Of a stretch of 64,000 bases of DNA, positions 1 through 15,979 are shown piece by piece. Below the pieces are notes generated by a model, which was given only the letters and a program-made list of their open reading frames with translations, did no database searches and was not told the DNA's origin. Origin of the DNA: Mustelus asterias (lineage: Eukaryota); contig NC_135825.1 of the NCBI RefSeq assembly GCF_964213995.1, positions 51,088,001 through 51,152,000 on the forward strand, given 5' to 3'. The number at the start of each line of letters is the position of its first letter. The stretch's first letter is position 1. A program made the translations under genes and the position numbers.

Positions 1-780
1 ACTGCTTTACCCCACTTGCTGCTGAAACTCTTATCAATCTCTTTATCTTCTGACTCAACAATTCAATGCTCACCTGACTAGCTCCTACCCTTCATAAACT
101 GTTTATATTTATATAGCATTTTTAATGTAATGAAACATCCCAACTACTTCACAGCAGCATTACAAAATACTCCTCTTGTGTTTGAGTATCTTGCTACCAC
201 CTCTTTCCATCTGGTATCAAGTCTTCCTCTTCTTTCTGGCAGTTCCATGTCCACCACTCACCTCATTACATTTTCTCTCTCTCCCCTTAACAGGTGACCA
301 TATCATATCATTTCAATCTCTTCTTGGGTACTTTTTGTCCTGCTTCTACAATTTTCACTGACCCCCTAATGTGCTAGTTCCTGATTTTGTACACTGAGCC
401 ACACAAGGAGACATTAGGTCAGGTGACCAAAAACCCAGTCAAAGCAATGTCTTAAAAGGAATAAAATGAGATAGCGTGGGAATTGCAGAGCTTGCAACCT
501 ATGCATCTGAAGGCATGGTCACCAATGTGGCAGCAAATATGATTGGGAATGCATAAACATCAACTTACCCAGAAGTCTGCCGCCTGTATCCTATCCGATA
601 TCACGTCCCATCATTCCTGTATTAGTTGAGTATTACACCTGTACTAGTACTCCTGTACTAGTAGGTACTCCTGTACCAGTTCCAAATCCTCCAACACCTT
701 CTTCAAAAATTCCATTCCAGCATTTAAATCCTTTAATAGCTTCACCTCCTTACTTCTGTACCACCTCCAGTTCTACACTC
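1..780. mobile_element. Degenerate L2-type LINE fragments in both orientations
   Basis: Plus-strand remnants resembling the L2 ORF2 C-terminal region (gctgctgaaactcttatc...) interleaved with a minus-strand L2-like 3' end (tatatagca...gaaacatccc); no intact ORF. Confidence 0.45.
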
Positions 781-904
781 CCACACCACCCAGACACCTC
801 CTGCCTCCTGGATCTTTACTTTGTTGTAGCTTATCACAGAGTCCCCCAATGATCTATTCTTGGATCCCATCCTCATCTCCTTATTGCCCTTTTGGCTTCA
901 TTCC

Positions 905-1140
905 TGTAGAGGTTCAATTCCCGGCTTGGGTCACTGTCTGTGTGGAGTTTGCACGTTCTCCCCGTGTCTGCGTGGCTTTCCTCCCGAGTGCTCCGGTTTC
1001 CTCCCACATTCTGAAAGATGTGTTGGTTAGGTACAATGACCTGAACAGGCGCCGGACTGTGGCGACTAGGGGAATTTCACAGTAACTTCATTGCAATGTT
1101 AATGTAAGTCTTACTTGTGACTAATAAATAAACTTTACTT
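905..1140 (+). mobile_element. V-SINE, tail type B (5'-truncated)
   Basis: B-box ggttcaattcc, V-domain core gtgtggagtttgcacgttctccccgtgtctgcgtgg, tail ttcacagtaacttcattgcaatgttaatgtaag...tgtgactaataaataaac. Confidence 0.85.
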
Positions 1141-1717
1141 AGCCACCAAGCCAATGTGTGGATTTCCCCTCGCCTTTCCACTTCCCACTCCTTTAAGTCC
1201 GTCCTTAAAACCACAGCATCTATCTTTATTTGATTTACCTTACAATATTTTTCTATGTGAAAGGCATTGAATAAGTTACTGTGCTAAATAATAAAAATGT
1301 AAACGCTCATATTTAGGGCTTGCATTGAGAACCATTTAACGTTAGTTCTTCCAAAATAACTGCTCATAAAAATAAAAAAATTGTAATAATTTAATTCACA
1401 AAAGAAAGGACCCTGCTCAGAGTAATCCATGTGTCAGCTTTCACTTCAACTGTATTTATGCTTGGTTTGTTCTAGACTTGCAACAAATCTACTAAAACAC
1501 CTTACACATGTGTTTTACTGTCAAAATTACTTTAGAAAAGTTGATTGCATGGTTAAGCTTGATCTAGTGTTTTGTACAAATTACTGTTACTGATAGCCTG
1601 GGGTATTTGTGCAGTAATCTTTCAGTATAAAAAGAGAGAGCTTGCATGGCAATTCCTTTCATGCACCGTGAATGGCTAAAATTTGTGTCAATCATAATTA
1701 TAGGCACACCTTAGTTT

Positions 1718-2041
1718 CATAGAAGTTTCACAGAATCCCTACAGTGCAGAAGGCCATTCGGCCCATCGAGCCTGCAGCACCAACAATCCCACCCAGGCTT
1801 TATCCCCAAAACCCCATACATTTATTCTGCTAATTCCCCAACACTAAGGGACAATTTAGCATGGCCATTCAACTTAACCCACACATCTTTGGGGTGTGGG
1901 AGGAAACCAGAACGCCCAGAAGAAGCCCGCACGGACATGGACAGAACAAGCAAACTCCACACAGACAGTCACCTGAGGCCAGAATTGAACCCGGGTCCCT
2001 GGCACCGTGAGGCAGCAGTGCTAACCACTGTGGCACCATGC
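1718..2041 (-). mobile_element. HE1-type V-SINE (CR1-like tail)
   Basis: Reverse complement gives a tRNA-like head (ggtgccacagtggttagcactgctgcctcac, B-box ggttcaattc), V core and tail gatgggccgaatggccttctgcactgtagggattct. Confidence 0.9.
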
Positions 2042-3199
2042 TGAGAGCTTGGTAACTTGGGGTCTTTAGCCAACACTCATTGCGTTGTACCCAATATTAA
2101 TATTTGACTCAATTACTGCTAGTATCTATATTTTGCTGCTCTAAAATTTTTCTCCCTAAATCTATGAAATAAATAAATAATTGTGTGCTTGGCTATTAGG
2201 GAGTTGTCCAGATTACAATAGCATTTTGTGCAACTTTTTTTTCCCCCAGTGAGTTAGGAATCACAAGGCAAATTAAGGGAATACCTGCATTTTGCAAACT
2301 GCATACAAGAACCGTATGATTTTAATTAGGATTTTCTGCAAACTATTAAAGTAGTTTACTCCCAAAGTGTAGATGGACATTTCGGATGAGATTTTCCAGC
2401 CGTTCAGGCAGGTGGGATCTTCTGGTCCCACTGATGGCACATTCCCAACACGGGTTTCATGGCGATGAAGAGTTCATTCAACAGGAAACCACGTTGATGA
2501 CAGCAGGACTAGAAGATGCCCCTGCCAGCCAATGAAATATGCTGGTGGGTTGCCCCCACACCACATTTTAGTAAAGTTTCTGAATGTGTTTTTCCCCCCA
2601 AAAAAATTACCATTAAAAAGCAACGAGGACAGAAAAAAAACCAATCGACATAGGCTTATAGCTTCCTTGAGTTCTATTTAAAGGGATCTGATTCTTAAAT
2701 GTGCAACTCTATTTTTTTTTTAAAAACATGTTTTCAGGGTTTTAATTTTACAAGAACTAGGTGGCTGTATGATAATCCAATGTAATGGAAAGTACAAGAC
2801 CACTCAAAACTCTGTGACCTCAAAACATACTTGCTCAAACAAACACTGCATACAGGATGAAGTGTTGCAAACACAGACTTTCCTGCATGACTCAGAAGTA
2901 TAAGCTTCATTTCCAGTCATCACCATATTGGTCATATACTCAAAACAAACCCTGAAAATTGAACACATCTGCAATTGATTGCCTTAGGGTACAAGTATGC
3001 CACTCATATGTCCTCTAATACCTAGTTATACCTATGCAAATAATGTAATGAAGCACAGCATGTACAGTGTCACCTGCCTAAAACAGAGCCACTAAAATTT
3101 TAGTCCCATTCATTTTTAGTTAAATTTGAATAATTGTGTCCATCAGAAAATTTACAAATGAAGTGTGCCTTTAGGAGAGACCTGAAGTTACTATAACTT

Positions 3200-3620
3200 T
3201 GTTACATCTCTACAGAAAGCACCCAAATTACTTCTGAAGGCAATTTTTCTAAACTGTAAAAGGCTGCTTAGGTAAGCAATAAGACCACCATTTTACACAG
3301 AAAATCCCACAAGAAGCTGCGTCATTTTTTTTAAAATGGTGCTATTTGAGGAATCGAATCTAAATCTAATATAAATGCAAATGGTACTCCTGGCTTATTA
3401 CAAAAAAGTGACACGATGACATCTTTAATACCAACCCGAAGGAACAACAATCAGATATGGCCTTAGTTTATCATTTCAACTGAAGGGCATTACCTTCAAT
3501 AATTTAACACTCCTTCAGTATCATACTGCAATCTCAGTTGAGATTATGTGCTTACATTCAACAGTTGGGCTTGGGCATAAATTTTCTGACATAGTCACCA
3601 CCAGGGCCAAGCTGACACTC
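3200..3620 (-). mobile_element. Ancient Deu-domain SINE (SacSINE1/AmnSINE1-like), degenerate
   Basis: Resembles the reverse complement of the Deu domain (gacatcttt...ggccttagttta...cactccttcagta...gattatgtgct); a related copy lies at about 48.9-49.6 kb. Confidence 0.5.
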
Positions 3621-3961
3621 ACCTAATGAGAAAACTCTGGCCCGTTTGCCTACCTAACAATAATTACCTTCAAAAATATAGCACTTGAAGTATTTTGACA
3701 GGAAAGAAAGCATTATAAATGAAAGTTCTTGTTTCATGGTGTAGGCAGGGGTCTAGCCAAATGCAAATATGCAGAGGTAAGGTCACTCATCGACCTCAGT
3801 ACTGCAATGGCTCAGTTAATGTAGTTCCCGCTACTTTCAATAGGCCCTGAACATGCTACAAGGCAAATTTGACAGGAACAGACTGTTTATAGTTACTGCA
3901 AATTTGAAGATAATTTTGCTATTAAACTTTCAAATGATACAGCTTGTGCAAAGTCATGATA

Positions 3962-4912
3962 AGAACATGAGAACATAAGAAATAGGAGGAGTAGGCCAAC
4001 TAGCCCCTCAAGCCTGTCCCGCCATTCAATAAGATCATGGCTGATCTGATAGTGGTTTAGTTCCACTTACCCGCCCGCTTCCCATAACCCTTAATTCCCT
4101 TATTGATCAGAAATCTATCTACCTTTGTCTTAAACATATTTAACGAGGTAGCCTCCACTGCTTCAATGGGCAAAGAATTCCAGAGATCCACAACCCTCTG
4201 AGAAAAAGTTCCTCCTCAACTCTGTTCTAAACTGACTCCCCCTTATTTTGAGGCTATGTCCTCTAGTTCTTGTTTCCTTTCTAAGTGGAAAGAATCTCTC
4301 TGCCTCTACCCTGTCTAGCCCCTTCATTATCTTATATGTCTCTATAAGATCTCCCCTCAGCCTTCTAAACTTCAACAAGTACAGGCCCAATCTACTCAAT
4401 CTTTCCTCATAAGCTAACCCCCTCATCTCCGGTATCAACCTGGTGAACCTTCTCTGTATTCCCTCCAAGGCCAATATATCCTTTTGCAAACGAGGGGACC
4501 AAAATTGCACACAGTACTCTAGTTGCGGCCTCACCAGTACCTTGTACAATTGCAGCAAGACCTCCCTGCTTTTATACTCCATCCCCTTCGCGATAAAGGC
4601 CAACATTCCATTTGCCTTCTTGATCACCTGCTGCACCTGCAAACTGAGTTTCTGTGATTCATGCACAAGGACCCCCAGGTCCCTCTGCACAGTAGCATGG
4701 TGTAATTTTTCACCATTTAAATAATAGCCCATTTTACTATTATTCCTTCCAAAGTGGATAACTTCACTTGTCAACATTATACCCCATCTGCCAGATCCTC
4801 GCCCACTCACTCAGCCTATCCAAATCTCTCTGCAGACTTTCCGCATCCTCCACGCAATTCGCTTTCCCACTCATCTTTGTGTCATCCGCAAACTTTGTTG
4901 CCCTACACTCGA
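3962..4912 (-). mobile_element. CR1 LINE, 5'-truncated 3' end (ORF2 C-terminus + 3' UTR)
   Basis: ORF 4163..4810 has CR1 ORF2 motifs QRDLGVLV, LVRPQLEYCVQFWSP, RGDLIETYKIM, TRGHSLK; tail repeats gaacatgagaacataaga. Confidence 0.95.
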
Positions 4913-5989
4913 TTGATAACACTCGATTGATACATGATTGATACTTCGTGAATATAGCCAGGAACTTCGCCAGTGTTAGAAAGATTTCTACAGGTTAACA
5001 ATTCTAAAAGCACTTAGATGTCTACAGTCAGTCAGAAAATGGCAGCCCATCGTCAGAACATACCGACTGCCTTAAATACCTCTTGCAACGTAAAAAGTAG
5101 CAACACTCTTCTGCATCTAGATATTCAGGACTGAAGTAGGACACTCAAAATTTAACAGATTTGCAATTTGTAATAATTCTTGTTTCACGTGACTACTGAT
5201 TCACAAGCACAATTCTGTGCCACTCACTGAACTAAATCAATATAGGCAAATTTGCACTGTGAACTTATATTCCCTGTTCATCTAGGAGAAGTTTAATCTT
5301 GCTCTTGCTAAACATCTAACCACTGACTTTTCCAGAGGTTGAGATGGGGGTGAAATGACTAACACTGGATTGTGACAGATAAGAAAAACTCTGGAAAAAT
5401 TAGGATGCCATTACTATATGTAGCACTAAACTACCTCAGCTGAGATAAAATCATGGATCAAATCTTGGACTTGTCTCTTTTTTAATTGATTAAGTATTTG
5501 GGGACATTTACCAACTCCTCCATAAGGTTAACACTGAAACTCTTCACAAATACAAGACAACAGACTAAGGGCACATTTAGTTTGTATCAATGTTCACCCT
5601 CCACAAGGTCAAACTGTTCTAATCACATTTAGCCACCCTGTTTTCATATCCGTTAACTCCTTATCCTTCATCCGCATATTCAATCTAATCTTCCATATTC
5701 ACAGTTTCTGTCTGAATCAGTAACCTTGGAAATTAATTTCCCAATTTCACAACATCATGTAAAGAAGCTTTTTTTCTGATAGATTTAAAATCTAATACAT
5801 TCAATTTGGATTTCACTATTCCCTGTTCCTGATCTCTTAACAATTGGAAACAACGTAAATACATGGATACACACCTATTCAGCATTTGTCTTTCATAATT
5901 TAAAAACTTCTATTATATCAGCCTGCAATTTACATCATTACAAATTAGCTAGTCCTGGGTTTAGAGGGCACAATTTCAAAATTTCCAAA

Positions 5990-6800
5990 CACAAAACTTG
6001 TTGGACTTGAAGATTATCAAGTTATCAGAATAGGCAACCACTTAGCAGGTAAAATTTAATACAGCAAAGTGATACATTTTGGTAGCAAGAGCAAGGAAAG
6101 GGCAATATAAAATAAGGTTAACAATTCTAAAGGTAGTGAAGGAGCAGAGAACTCTGGGGTATATGTGCACAAATTGTCCAAAGATTGAAAATGTGGTTAA
6201 TAAGGCATATGGGATCCTGGGCTTTATAAAGAGTAAAAAGCAAAGAAGTTATGGTGAATCTTTATAAAACACTGGTGTGGCCTCAACTGAAATACTGTGT
6301 CCAATTCTGGACATCATGGTGTAGGAAGAATATGACGACATTGAAGAGGGTGCAGAAAAGACTTATGAGACACCTCAATTACCAAAATAGATTGAAGAAG
6401 CTGAGCCTGCTCTCTTAGGAGAATATAGAGGTGATTTGATAAAGATGTTCACAATTGTGAAGGACTGAGCAGAGTGGATAGGGAGAATTTGTTCCCGCTT
6501 GCAGAAAGGTCACTGGAGGGCAACAATTAGGTTAACTGGCAAAAGAACTAAATGATGACAAGAGGAAAAACATTATTTTTTTAAAAACACAGCAGCTGGT
6601 TTGGATCTGTAATGTGCTGCATGAAAACGTGGTGGAAGCAGATTCAAATCGTGGCTTTCAAAAGAAGGAGAAAAAACTTACAGGGCTGGGGAAAAGGTTA
6701 GGGGATTGGGACTAGCTGAACTGCTCTTAAAGAACTGGCCCAAATATGATGAACAGAACTTCCTCCTTCTATGCTATAACCATCCTAACATTCTATAAGG
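5990..6800 (+). mobile_element. Older CR1 LINE 3' fragment
   Basis: Broken frames with NKAYGILGFI, cctcaactgaaatactgtgtccaattctgg (PQLxYCVQFW) and gaggtgatttgata (RGDLI). Confidence 0.85.
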
Positions 6801-7292
6801 CTAATTTTTCAAGCGTCTATATTGTTGTATTTCCTCATACCAGGCAACATCCAATGAATCTGTATTGTATTCTTTCTAAAGCGTAGATATTCTTTCTACC
6901 AAAACCAATAGGGATATGACAATGAAGACTCCATATTTATAAGCTACTATATATTAATCAAATCGTATTAGTTGATCACAGTTGATACCCAATATTTATC
7001 TTATTTTGGAGTTTATACAGCGTTCAACAATGAATGCTTCAAGGTCAGGCATTTTTAAAAAATCAAGTTTGAAAATAAATAATGCAGTAACTTCTCTACA
7101 TATGGTCTGAGTAAATTGGCACATTATTTGCTTACAGAAAACTTAACTGCACAACACAGCTCAAAGTTTAACCTTACATTGTAGGGTAAAATGATCAGTG
7201 CAAATGCTTGGCTGAAAACAATTAAGAAACAAATGCTTCCCCAGGCGAACATGATGGATAGCATGAACGAACAAAAATGTCCAAAATTTATA

Positions 7293-7502
7293 TATAGAAT
7301 ATAGAATATATATATAGAAATATAGAAACCCTACAGTGCAGAAGGAGGCCATTCGGCCCATCGAGTCTGCACCGACCACAATCCCACCCAGGCCCTACCC
7401 CCACATATTTACCCGCTAATCCCTCTAACCTACGCATCCCAGGACTCTAAGGGGCAATTTTTTTAACCTGGCCAATCAACCTAACCCGCACATCTTTGGA
7501 CT
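7293..7502 (-). mobile_element. HE1-type V-SINE, 3' half
   Basis: Reverse complement of agtccaaagatgtgcgggttaggttgattggcc...gatgggccgaatggcctccttctgcactgtaggg with a tatagaa-type tail. Confidence 0.9.
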
Positions 7503-9155
7503 TTAGTCAAATTATATTTAGTCAAATTATATTTTTTAAAGCACTTCATGGTTGAACCTTGAGCAGCATACATACATTTTACTTAATTATGCTGGGGAAA
7601 GGAAGGATATCAATTGTATGAACATGGAAAAATACAATTGGAGACACCAAGTACTTTCCTTCGCTTCTGCCTCCCTCCCCATGCCAGACATGATTTGTAA
7701 CATGAACCAGTGAACACATTGTACACTTCAGGTTTGAACTTGCTGCAACTTGGTACATTTTTGAAATAGAAATCACACAATGAGTGCCTCCAATTGGACT
7801 ATAATCCTGATAAAATGCATCCACTGAACAGCCTAATCCTTTACAAACACACAACCTGTTTCACATAGAAATGGGAACAATTCATGCAAACACTGGTTTC
7901 GCTTCACTGTTTTCAAATTTCCGTTTGTACCGACTGCAGAACCCCCTAAAAATAAACCGAATCGTAAGGTTTGCACCCCAATAGAGTATAACATTTTAGA
8001 ATAGAAAATGTGCTGGGGATTATTTTCCCTTTCCTGACAACAGGGAGAATCTGACCTCAGAATTAAATCAGACATTGCATCTTAACTGCACGGAAAGTGT
8101 GGTTTACATGTAGATGATGTGGGAAACAATTCTCTTCACTGTAAAAATGCTTAACTATCCTTTGATTTTCCCAGTTCCCTTCTTTTCAGATCAAAGTACA
8201 GATTTCTGTAACTGACTGCAAACTCATATGGGGGGGGGGCCTCAAGAGAAAACTATCAGATGAGTAAGATGACAGAATTGTTATATTCAAAACAAGGGAG
8301 GCATTGCTGAGTGTAGCAGAGCAGAAAAACTTTCAGAAAACCTACATCCAAATCAGACAGCCACCAACTACACCCATGGATGGCTGAAACACTACTACAA
8401 AAATGTTGCAATTGGCCATTTTCTCCTGCAAAATAAAATCTATTATTGAACCTAAAACTGGTATTCTCTGGCTAAAAATCAGTGCCAGTCTTATCTAATG
8501 TGGTTAGTGCAATGACAGTCTAATGAGCTGCTTATTAGCTTGTTGATCAAGCAAACTAGTGAGTAAGCACAGTTGTTCCTGCCCAAAACAGTATTTAAAA
8601 ACCATAACTGACAATCTGAAATAGGTATGGATAATATTCAACACCTTTTGCCTGACATTCGTAACTTTCAGTGTGTAAATCTGGATGTTTTAAGTGGTGG
8701 AGACTGTACTTGCTTAGTCAACAATCTTTTTCCTACTCAACAACTATTTTCATTTCTATTTAGTTCTTCCACTAATTAGGTCATAAGTTTGATCTGAACA
8801 TTCCTCATTCTGAAATCACCCCAGCCAAAAGGCAGATTGGAGAATTGGTGATGTCAAAGTCAATTTCATCTCCAACCCACATTCTTTTAGAATATACTTT
8901 GCCAATGGGAGCACTGGATAAAATGAATTTATGCAGTGGGATGGAAATTAGACAAGAATGTGAACACAGCCTAGGCTTTAAATTAGTGGCATCAGGGGTG
9001 GGGAACAAGGGATTTGATGCAAGTCCTGACCTCCACAACGCATTCCAACATATAAAATCCTCCTTTGTACTGGAGATCAAATTTGGTTTAGTCTTTGAAT
9101 TATTACCACAATCAATGCTCTAAACCAATGAGAAGAATTAGAAACTATATACCTA

Positions 9156-10271
<1,116 letters not shown>

Positions 10272-11969
10272 TTATAAATCCTCCGATTAGACACAAACTC
10301 TACTTATGCACAAAACTGTAGATATCACAACACATAGTCAAAGACCTTAATGAATACATCTCAGAAAATTAAAATTTTCAAAATAAATTTTCTTTCTGGT
10401 TACAAGCAATCCATGGACCAGACAAAACAGTTAATTTGCATATGCTTATTCCAAAGATGAACAGAATCGAAGTGTTCACTGTACTGATTGGTAACTGAGA
10501 AGTGAAATTCTCAAATGTATTCCCAAAGTTAACCAAAGTAGTTTTATCGGCGGACTTTTCCAAAACACTTCAAATGGAAGTAAAAGATTTAAATATATTC
10601 AATACTAAATAACTCAGCAAATGCATTTTGTTTCCAGAAGTTTGTAAATCAAAAAAGCTCCTCCAAAGAACCAAGAATAACTTTCTCAATGAAATATGCA
10701 GCAGTGATATTCATTAGGTCAAAAATAAATGCCTATGTATAGGTTTCATTCGTATGAGTTACTTGCAAAAATCAGAGTGCGACCGTACCATTTTTAGAAA
10801 ACTCAAATGCAACTATCACACAGATCTCGCTATCTAAAAGTAATATGTAGGAATGTAGTATTAAGTCATAGAAACCAAAATATCTGATATTTGACCTCTA
10901 TATGGAGTTCTCAGCTAAGGTCGGGTAGCTGATAGGTCAGTCCAATCGGTCTCAGTGCATTGAACCTAGAATAGATGGAATTTTTTAAAGTGTACTGCCT
11001 CCACCATCATGTATTCTACTGATTGTAATTCTAATCATTGTTTAAGCTCATAGATGAAGGATGGTTATTTGGTTGAAGTGTCATTGCCCTGTCAGCACTT
11101 GTGGAGTCATAACTCAGCTGGAGCAGTATTCCTTAGCAATGAGAAAACTATACAAAATGACAGGAGAAAGGAAATCTAACTTTTGCTATTTAGTACCATA
11201 TGCACTGTGTTAAGTAGGAAAAGTAGGATCTGAGCAACACTGAGCTTGTTGATCATACATTGCAGAAAGGATGCAATGGACTTCAGCATCCTTGGGCAGG
11301 AGTTAACTCTCCCAATGGCTCCATCTGGAAAGGGCATATATGTAAATGTCAAGATTGTGTCCACAACAGTGCTGTCTCCCCTCTCCCATTAATCCTGATC
11401 CACATAGAGTGGGTGAAAATTCAAGGATGCCAAATCCTATGGAGCCATATATTCACGTAATAGAAAAGTTTTTTGCACCTGTAGAAATGTGTTGCTGCTT
11501 TTAAGAAATGCATTTGGTTACCACCTTCCCCACTGCAAAACACACATTTGCTATTCCTTCATTCTAGTAACTCAAAATTGCAATAATCTAACCCACGGTA
11601 AACATTTACTGAGTTATTATATTTTAGCATCATTTCCATCGACAATGCATCTACAATACATCCTCAGCATCAGAACATGATGCAGTCAGTGTAAATGAAA
11701 CTGCATCTAATAACATGAAACTGAAAAACAGACCAGAGAATTATAGTTCCAATCCACTTCATTTTGGAATCAGTTCTGGTCTTCAAGTCTAATTTATCTA
11801 ATTCACAGTAATGTATGTTAACTTGGTGTAAATGCACAGTGACTTCGATATGCACTTTTTAACGAAATAAAAGCAGTATCAAAACCTGTTCAAAACTCAA
11901 ATTTACATGTAATCAATATTCAAACATCCAATATTAGAGAGGGAATAAAGTTGCAAACGCTAGAAATTC

Positions 11970-13560
11970 TACTGGGCTTGTTAACTTCTGACAGGGAAAG
12001 GGCAGTTTTGATGGTCAGATTGTGTGTATCCCCTGAATGGGATGATTTAAAAGGGGAATGCCTGCATATTAGGGAGGCCTGCAAAAAGAAAATTATTAGT
12101 AGGAAAGTTTAACCTTTATATACATTAGGTAGAATTAACAGCACAAGCACAAAAACTTACTTGATTTGTTCAGGATAGTTTCCTAAAAGCAGTGCGTCTT
12201 CAACCTGACGATTTTCAATAACAAATCAAAAATAGTTAACAATCTAGCAGTGAATGACCACATGGGCAATAGTGACCACATACAAGTGAATTTATCAAGT
12301 TTACTGGGACAGAAAGGGTAAGTGTAAAAGTTTCCATTTGTAAACTTTGGCATTTGAAAGTCTGCACAAGGTTAATCCTGAAGGAATGACAAAGTACAAC
12401 TAAAATAGGGTGTGAAAAACATAGTAAATTTATAGATCAAGAGTAAAAGCAATTTGTGGATTACAAATCAAGTCCATACTTCTGAAATGCAAAATGGGAA
12501 CTTCAGAGTAATACAACCACATTCTAAAAATGTTGTTAGGTTTGTATTAAACAAAAGGAGATTATACAAGGTTGAAAAATAACAGGAATGAAGGCTGGGA
12601 GGATTACAGAAAGCAACATAAAGTTATATAAGGGGACGAATTAAAAAAGCTTGCAAGTGTTATCACAGCCGAGTTTCTTTTTATTGGAGAATAAAATAAA
12701 AGGAGGTGGGTGCAATAAAAATAGATTTAGATAAAAGACTTGCAACATTGAGTCTGTGCCCCTTTTAGACTGCCCTGGAATGTACAGCTTTCCTAAGGGA
12801 GGTGAGGCAGAGCATCTGCACATGAAGTAGGTACAAGCCTGCAGCGATATCAACGTTCATGGAGGAAAATTCTTGTCCTCCCACTCCCCTGGACTTCCAG
12901 TTGAGAGGCTGGAGGTAATAGACTGTTTCAAAATGCCACCAGCAGGTTGTAACTAGCTGGACCCTGCCAGGGGTGGGCCTGCACTTGGTGCCCTCTGCTT
13001 GTATTGGTCGCCTAGGACAAGGAATGGTGCAATGCATTTCAAGAGCGCTGGGAGGTGGATGGTGAGGTAGAAAAATGAACCCCATAGCGTTAAAATAATT
13101 TCAGGAATAGTATTATGATTAGAAGGCAGTTACTGTGTACCTTTTACTCAAAAAAAGGGACATACCAAGCTATTACAAATTAGGTTAAAATCACCGTAAT
13201 AAATTACTTTGAAAGTTTCTATAATCCATCATCGGGGAAAATATGAGCAAACTGATTAGAGAGTGCCATTCTAACTGAGTTTTTTTTGACAATAACTGAG
13301 GCGACAGATAAACAGAAATATGTGTTTATGAATTATATTAGATACGGTTGCATACAAAACTAAAATTGAAGTTCAAAGAATTTGGTAGCCGTACAATATG
13401 CACAGGGGATAGTTTGGGCAGAGTTGAAATGAAAAAGGACATTCTTGTACTGAGAATGCGCAACAAGAGGACACAATCTTTTAATGTGGGCTAAGCCAAT
13501 TAAAAGTTAACCCACAAAAACTTCACCAAAAGAGGACATTAATAATGTGAAACACATCAC
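11970..13560 (+). mobile_element. Highly decayed CR1-like LINE remnants (endonuclease to RT region), interrupted
   Basis: Remnants resembling GxFN (ggaaagtttaac), SDH (agtgaccac) and CR1-like 3' pieces at 13.1-13.56 kb; no ORF. Confidence 0.4.
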
Positions 13561-14004
13561 TCTGCACCATCCTGGATTTTCCAAGACTGTCCCAAGTCCT
13601 GACTTCCTGGGATGCATTTTGTCACAGAATTCAACTGCATTGGCTAGTCTTTGTGTTTGCACATGCTTTCACCAGGCTTTTGTGTGTGCATGTGCCAGCC
13701 CCAGGAAGTTTGTGATTTGTGTTCGGGGGTTATCAGCACATGACCGGGGTGGATTACATTACCAAACTTGCACTGGGTCACAATGATGTGGTGGGTCCCC
13801 CTTCATTCTAACCCTGCCAAATTACAGGTTAAACAAATCACCACCCGACACATCACCACCCTCCCCCCACACCACCCATCTCGGTTACAAGTTTGTCAAG
13901 AGTTTGTCACCTTGGTATTAATGTATACTCTGAAAGGCACAAAACTGGTACAAAGGGTTGCCATGGCTAGTTAAATGAGTAGATCCAACTGGCCTAATTC
14001 AACT

Positions 14005-14083
14005 CCTAAGTTTAAGTTTATTTATTCGTGTAACAAGTAGACTTACATTAACACTGCAATGAAGTAACTGTGAAAATCCCCTT
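14005..14083 (-). mobile_element. V-SINE tail type B fragment
   Basis: aagtttatttattcgtgtaacaagtagacttacattaacactgcaatgaagtaactgtgaaaatcccc is the reverse complement of the type-B tail. Confidence 0.8.
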
Positions 14084-15979
14084 CACCAAACTTCTGACAG
14101 TTTTAATTTAAAAGTTTCTCCTAAAGTTTTGCAGTATCCAAGTCTTTTTTTCCTCTGTAAGCCAGAGCAATTTAAAGATGAAATTATAATACTCAAGTTA
14201 ATGTGCCCATTAATTTACATATATCACCAGCTTCAAATACTAACATATGCTTATATTTCACTTAAGATTTATCTACCAGGAAGGAGTTCCTGTGCTGCCA
14301 GAGGTAAGGGTCACACTTTGAACATCCCCACATTAACTTGCCAGGTGCTCATTAACCAGGTGAGTATTTTCAGCATGTTCTGTTCTTATTTCAAACATTC
14401 AACAGATCTTTCAATTTTTCAGATGTTGAATACGCATCTTATACTTAAAAAGTCAATCTGGCTCAGAGGGTCCAAAATAAAATGCCTAACTGACCCAGAA
14501 AGGCACAGGGGGGATATCAGTGTGAATTTCAACCGATTGGAATGTCTGCTAAGCAGTGTCTCACTGCCCTGAGCAAAGCACAGCAATGCCCGTTGTGTCA
14601 AGGGTACACAATGCTGCAAAATAATACATTATGCATTACATGTTCTATAATTCTCAATTGAAAAAGAATGTGCTTACCATCTGAGCTCATACTGTTACTG
14701 TTGAACCAACCTTTATTTAAAAAAAACATTATAAAAGAACATTACCATCAACAGTTCCACGAGAGCCTAACATTACCATAATATGCAGCTCTTCACTTAT
14801 TGCCATCTTAAGACATTCAGTCACCATATAGTTACTGTAGATTTCTGGTCTATCTTTTTGACTACCAATTATCTTAATACTGGTCCCATAGAGATGCACT
14901 TACAAAATAAAACTACTCAAATAAAGGACAACACACCCACCTTGTACAAGCAGTCACGCCACCAAACCCCACCAGCAGCTCCTGTCACGACGAAGTTCCT
15001 GAAGTAGCCAGACTTCCTCCAGTCCGCAAATCCTTCTACACCAGCCAGTTTTCTCCCAGACCAGATCCACAACACAAATCCTTTCCTCTCAGTAAGTACT
15101 GTTTCCAGTCCAAACAACTCCGCCTCCAATCCAGCTTTTCATTAAACAATTATAACTCCTCCAAAACAGTAGTGGCTTCCTTCCTTACGAATGATGGTTC
15201 CAGAACTATACAAAAGGTTACTTCAACTTCTGTGCACTTCTCCTCTTGACGTCACCAAGATCAGTCTGCCTTACTTTCCAGTAGAAACCTGTGTAAACAT
15301 TAAAGAAAACTTTTATTAAATCTGTAAATTCTGCGTAACATGGGAAAATGGTGATTCATTCTTGTTAACTCAGTTGTGGAATATACAGTACTTTTCCACA
15401 CTACGACATTCATCAAGTTAATGCCACAATTTCTCATGGTGTAACTTTTCTGGGCAATTTTCTAATAGTTTCATGTACCTTGATGTCATGTTTTGTTTAT
15501 TTTCATTTCCCTGTGATTCACTGCTGCTTTTTGACAGAGTTGGCAAGCTACTAGGTTTTTTCACCCACCCACAGTGGGAAGATGCACATTAAAATCTCCT
15601 TCACCCCCTTGTTGGACACTGGGGGGGTGGAGAGAAAAAGTTAATCTAGTACAAAATAGCACCTGACATGTTTTTGTGTTATGCAGAAGCTCATTTCCTC
15701 ACACCAACCATTAACACCCAAAATACCCTGAATTTTAATTTCAGTTCCAAATAAAATCAAAGGTTGCTGATTTGTTAACCGTTCAATAGTAATTTTTCAG
15801 CAGTAACAGCCTAAACCCAAATGACCAGCACTTCCATTTTCAGTGATGACAATGGGACGATGCTATAACCAGAAAGGTCAGACAGAGGCTTTATAATGTA
15901 TTGGCCATGAGTAATTTGAAATGTTATGCAAGACTTTCACCACCCTGCTTCAAAAAGGACATTACATTGGGAGTGCTCA

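Noticed and set aside
4906-4933. Tandem duplication acactcgattgata at the CR1 5' junction
   Set aside because: Consistent with ordinary repair or slippage at a 5'-truncation junction.
7856-8033. Possible alternative exon in HIPK1 intron 2
   Set aside because: Acceptor is plausible but the donor (gttgtg) is weak and the sequence has no similarity to the expected exon 3 (APEIILG...).
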